In this document: positions 59,926 through 64,000 of the stretch, piece by piece
How positions within the stretch are numbered: position 1 is the stretch's first letter
How the letters are laid out: each line of letters begins with the position of its first letter
From: Phallusia mammillata
Lineage: Eukaryota
Direction of reading: 5' to 3'
Assembly (NCBI GenBank): GCA_965637545.1
Contig: OZ281501.1
Coordinates: 5,394,001-5,458,000 of the forward strand
DNA: 64,000 nt
Notes under the pieces: generated by a model
What the model was told of the DNA's origin: nothing
Database searches by the model: none
What the model saw: only the letters and a program-made list of their open reading frames with translations
Position numbers and translations under genes: made by a program

Positions 59926-60214
59926 TTTTTACTGTAGAAACGCACCGAAGTTTCATTTGTCCGAATATGCTGTTTTCCCCACTAATTCAAAACGTCAAAT
60001 TTTTACTAATTGCTGTACCTAGTGTTCATAAGCCACGTTGCGTGTAAGCTATATGATTTTTCCACTTACGTATTGCAACAGTTGTATCGAAGTGTCATAG
60101 CTGAGTTTACTTCCATCAAACACGCACATTTTAGTTAAAAACATTCTGTAAAAAGAGGATTTCAGTTTTGGCCTGATTCGGCCTAATATTCGATTCGGCC
60201 CGAACCTTTTAGGG

Positions 60215-60713
60215 CAGTGGTTCTTAACCTTTTCGTAGTCACGGACCCCTTTTATGAATTTTGTAAGTCTGCGGACCCCCAACGCAACTTACCACAAGTC
60301 TTTTCATGTTTCACGTTTCTTGCATTATACCCTGTCATGCTTGAAGCATTTAAATCCGCCTTCACAGTCCTTCAAAATCAATGACGTTTCTGTATTGTAG
60401 TGGCCAACGCATCGAATTGATAATTTCTGGTACTGTATATATAAGTTTACAAATCACTTGTCCTATAAAGTCTATTGTCCATGTGTGTTATGATGTCACA
60501 ATAGCGAAAACAATTACAAAAAGTATATGTTCTTGGCCCAATTAAGGTGTAATAAACAGCGTGCACTCGTATGCAGGATTGTAAAAACGGTTGAGAAACT
60601 TAAAAATATTCTTCTGTTGGTTAATGATACTTAAGATATTTCCCTCCGTGGACCCCCTAAAACCAGCTCACGGACCCCTTGGGGGTCAGCGAACCCCAGG
60701 TTAAGAACCACTG
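60215..60713. mobile_element. hAT (Charlie-like) MITE inserted near the terminus of another repeat
   Basis: TIRs CAGTGGTTCTTAACC / GGTTAAGAACCACTG; perfect TSD TTTTAGGG. The flanks rejoin as ..TTCGGCCCGAACCTTTTAGGGCAACACTA. Confidence 0.9.
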
Positions 60714-61033
60714 TTTTAGGGCAACACTAACGTTTTTGCGCTTTAACGACATGTAGCGGAAAATATATAACGTCATAAAACACGCAAGGAACAAACACTT
60801 GCTCACGCATGCTTTCAAGAAATATCATGTTCCCAATGTCAACAAAGTTTTAATTCAGTTGATTACCTTTCGTTTTTTACATCAGACGTTTACAAGGAAT
60901 ATTTGATTGAGTTTAATCGGAATTGTGACAAAATTCGGTTTAATCATCTAAAACCGGTACGTCACTATTATGGCGTTTCAGTCAAACCAGTAGAGATTTC
61001 AAAATAATGGCATAGACGCCAACGTAAAGACCT

Positions 61034-61315
61034 ATGGAATGTTCAGTTCACAAAAATTCAATACACACCATGTGCACATGTTCATTCCTGCAAATGTTGT
61101 TTTCAAAAACTTTGACCGAGCCCAAGCCCGAAACCGAGCAAGAACCTGAGGCCAGCAGCGTAGAAAGGCCTAAAACTCCACGTTGGCCTGCTGTGGTTAG
61201 TTTTAAGAAGAATACGTGTTGCACAACATTCAGCCAAAACCGCATTTACCATTCCAATGAGTCTTTCCTCCTCGATAAAAAGCCTCTACTTTCAACTGAT
61301 TTCACCTTTAGGTAG
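61034..61315 (+). CDS. Possible coding exon of an unidentified plus-strand gene
   Basis: GC-richer, coding-like core MLFSKTLTEPKPETEQEPEASSVERPKTPRWPAV with candidate donors (GTG|GTTAGT; AG|GTAGAC at 61311). No homolog was recognised and the model could not be linked to other exons. Confidence 0.3.
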   Translation: MECSVHKNSIHTMCTCSFLQMLFSKTLTEPKPETEQEPEASSVERPKTPRWPAVVSFKKNTCCTTFSQNRIYHSNESFLLDKKPLLSTDFTFR

Positions 61316-62251
61316 ACTTATATATAAGTCTAAAGCATTTTTTTTGTAATGACCTATTTGTTTGCGTTTACTAAAACAGATAGAGATGCTTTATTCTGAA
61401 GCTCGTGTTGCTTAGTTTGGGTGTTATTTTGATTTCATTAATTATGTGGGTAGTTTTTCATTTTTTTGCTTGATGTGGTTAGTCTTCCAATATATTTGCT
61501 ACAGTAACTGCACGAAAATCAGTAAAAAATGTACAACATGCATAGAGAGAGTGTAACAAATTAATTTGCGCATGAGTAAGGAACTGATTAAACACGAAAA
61601 AGTCTCTACAATTTTTTGGCAATGGGAAAACTTAAAATATGCCCCAATTACAACACATATAGAATATAACTGCTAGCAAGAAGATTTTAAAAAACAACGA
61701 ATTTTAAAAATTTACACAAAATCAGTTCCACTTTCCCACTTAAAGATTTCGATTTTTTTTAACTGACAAAAATCAAACACGACTTTTAGTTTGAGTTATT
61801 GTTCAATTTTAGAACATTATTTATAACCTATCATTTTCATAGGCAGGGTTATCCGCACTCAATTCCACTGTAACCTTTGGCTTCTCATTTTCCATTTCTT
61901 TATAATTGTTTCCGTTTTTCGGTTCGGGAGGTGCTTTGTACACCAGGCAGGCGACGAAGTAAAACACTCCAGCCAAAAAGTTTCCCACCATGGCTAAGAT
62001 TTAAAGCAAAATAACATAAAATATTTTCTATTTTAATACTTGTATTGTCCTGTAACCAATAGTTCTGTTAGTATAGCACAAATTTTATGCCTTAGAGATT
62101 TGGAGAATGAATACATTTGGCATACAAAACTATGAAACTAACGCAGATGTCACCAAAGTAAGTCTGTTTAACTGAATACAATTATTAATATTTCGTCTGA
62201 GAGTGTGTATTTATTAAAACATGTGTAATCAATACAAAACATCAAGCCAAT

Positions 62252-62407
62252 GCTGCAGACAGAGCACACTGTTTTTTTTCACCGGGTTCGAACCCAGGAC
62301 ACTTCCAGGGACGAATCCCGATCAGGTTTTTTTAATGTTTGTATATGGTTTAGACGCGCCGCACACAGAGCACACTGTTTTGACCTACAAGGTCTCATCA
62401 ATGCAGC
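62252..62407 (-). ncRNA. Type I hammerhead ribozyme fold, degenerate and split by a SINE insertion
   Basis: After removing 62260-62365 the minus strand reads GCTGCA-TTGATGA-GACC TTGTA GGTC-AAAA-CAG TGTGCT CTG-TC-TGCAGC. Stem I is a perfect 6 bp, stem II is 4 bp, stem III is a hairpin and the triplet is GUC. Core deviations are C3U and G12A. Confidence 0.7.
62276..62365 (-). mobile_element. 5'-truncated tRNA-derived retroposon with 16-bp TSD
   Basis: Flanked by CAGAGCACACTGTTTT (62260-62275 and 62366-62381), with an A-tract at its 3' end and a B-box GGGTTCGAACCC. Colinear with 32592-32697. Confidence 0.85.
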
Positions 62408-62641
62408 TGGTGACAAGAGATCGGCTGGATGAGATAATGTAACCATCTTACAGCACTCCAGGTTTGCTGGGAGTGTAGGACTAAGAAGCCAAGCCTCACC
62501 AACCCGTTCGATGCCACAACTGGGCTTTAACGACCGAAGAACTCATTCACAATGCCCAAACAACTGTCTAAAAACCAAGTAATTTCGGCTCAGTGTCACA
62601 GTATCAATATAAAAGCATCAATCCAATACCTTTCGTCACCA

Positions 62642-63705
62642 GCGGCAATGATTAGACCAGGGGTGGGCAAACTACGGCCCGGCAAAGGAGTTCATGCGGC
62701 CCGCCAAATGTTGGGAAATTTTAAAGAGAAAGCTACCGAGCAACGCTGAATAGTGTCATAACCACATGCGTAGTTTTTAAAAACTACCGGGGATGTTTAC
62801 GTGCTTTAGCCTGTTGTTTCTGCCACGTTATCATGCACATATTCACTTAAAACAATTTCTTCGTTCGATAAAAGTTAAAGCTATTCACGTTTTCAAATAC
62901 AGCCTACTTTGTACTGTTGACGCCAAAACTTTGGTCACTTTGGATCAAGTTTAGGTCGTTGCAGTACATTGTTGTTTAATGTTGGCGCAAGGAATTTATT
63001 AACAAAAAAACGTGGTGTAGCCTATGTTGCAATAAATGCTTGTTTATTTTGAAACAATTATAATTGTAACGTTTCAACCAATGTTTGTGCAAACAAATTG
63101 ACAACAAACGTATTTCCACATAGCTGAAAATATACTATGTTAATATTTTGGGCTAAATCATGCACGGGTGCACAACCTGCGGCCGTACGGCCACATGCGG
63201 CCGCGGAGACGAGTTTGTGCGGCCGTGACCATGTATGTCAAAATACATGTACAGGCTGCCATGACGTAACTAAAACTATTTTGCCAACTATTTCGGTTTT
63301 TAAAATGCCAAAAACAGATTTCGTGAGACAAAAAAATTACCAGCCTAAGAACCACATACGCCCAGCTTTTTATCCGCTTATTGTGTGCAAACAATGCGAC
63401 AAAAACAGGCACCGCAATCGTCACAATACCGATGATGACGTCATAAACAGCTAGCTCCGTTCAGCTAATCTTATGCACCAAGTTAGGAATTATTAATATG
63501 AGCATTTTAAACGGCTTTGAATCGTATATACATGATATAAACCTAATTCTTTACACTAGTTATTTAAAAAAAAATTGGTGGCTGTTGGTGAAATACTATG
63601 CGGCCCGATAAGATTAGGAACTTTTGAATGCGGCCCTTGCACTGAAAAGTTTGCCCACCCCTGGATTAGACCCTGTAGGTCGAAACAGTGTGCACTGTCT
63701 GAGGC
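62642..63705 (+). ncRNA. Second hammerhead ribozyme fold (inverted relative to the first), split by a 1-kb MITE
   Basis: After removing the MITE and one TSD: GCGGCA-ATGATTA-GACC CTGTA GGTC-GAAA-CAGTG TG CACTG-TC-TGAGGC. GAAA and GUC are intact, positions 3/8 are A/U, and stem I is imperfect. Confidence 0.65.
62658..63663. mobile_element. hAT MITE (1006 bp) carrying a nested fragment of the 52209 family
   Basis: TIRs CAGGGGTGGGCAAACT / AGTTTGCCCACCCCTG; perfect TSD GATTAGAC. The segment 63163-~63330 matches the reverse complement of the right end of 52209-52705. Confidence 0.9.
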
Positions 63706-64000
63706 TTATCATGTCTGATCAAATCTGGTAATTAATTAAAGTACAAAAAGACACGAATAAACTTACACAAAGTGATGAACCCTATTGCCATCTTGCGGTT
63801 GTCGTAGATCCAGCAGGATCCTCGTGATCCATCACACTGACGAGTTTGCCACAGTAAACAAGTTGTGTCCGTAACAGCTCCGTAAATAAAAGGACCAGGA
63901 ATCGTTCCAGCCGCACGGACGAAAAACCACGAAACACCAAGAGCAAAAGTTCGTAAAGATTCAGGAACGGCCCTAAAAAAATATTTCGTTGTGTAATTGC

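Noticed and set aside
61386-61475. Hydrophobic TM-like stretch CFILKLVLLSLGVILISLIMWVVFHFFA
   Set aside because: It requires skipping two nearer AG acceptors that give stops, and T-rich DNA produces such stretches by chance.

Overview
Eukaryotic, AT-rich, intron-containing genomic DNA from an invertebrate. An ascidian-like tunicate is a weak guess from the compact introns and repeat style. No prokaryotic features, CRISPR arrays, rRNA or intact tRNA genes were seen. All gene models were assembled by hand from GT-AG splice sites with phase checks. Left part: a band-4.1/FERM gene (minus, 35-3429) and a 14-exon ICA1/ICA69 gene (minus, 6380-16286). The remaining ~40 kb holds a tandem cluster of four highly diverged paralogous type-I membrane LRR proteins: A (+) 18910-22191, B (-) 25794-~29627, C (-) 37044-42926 and D (-) 50609-56905. 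They share a 7-exon plan with near-identical exon lengths and phases, and the architecture signal-Cys cap-LRRs-LRRCT-stalk-TM-tail with no TIR, Ig or FN3 domain. Several decayed exon-like relics suggest birth-and-death evolution. The two long tails share an RxRxDS[GA]xxS motif, and three of the four proteins end in PDZ-type Val. Introns and intergenic DNA carry many hAT MITEs with 8-bp TSDs, a 1.8-kb CCC...GGG EnSpm-like element, a Helentron/HINE-like tandem-repeat element and tRNA-derived short retroelements. Near the right end is an inverted pair of type-I hammerhead ribozyme folds (Penelope-like signature), each interrupted by a younger insertion.
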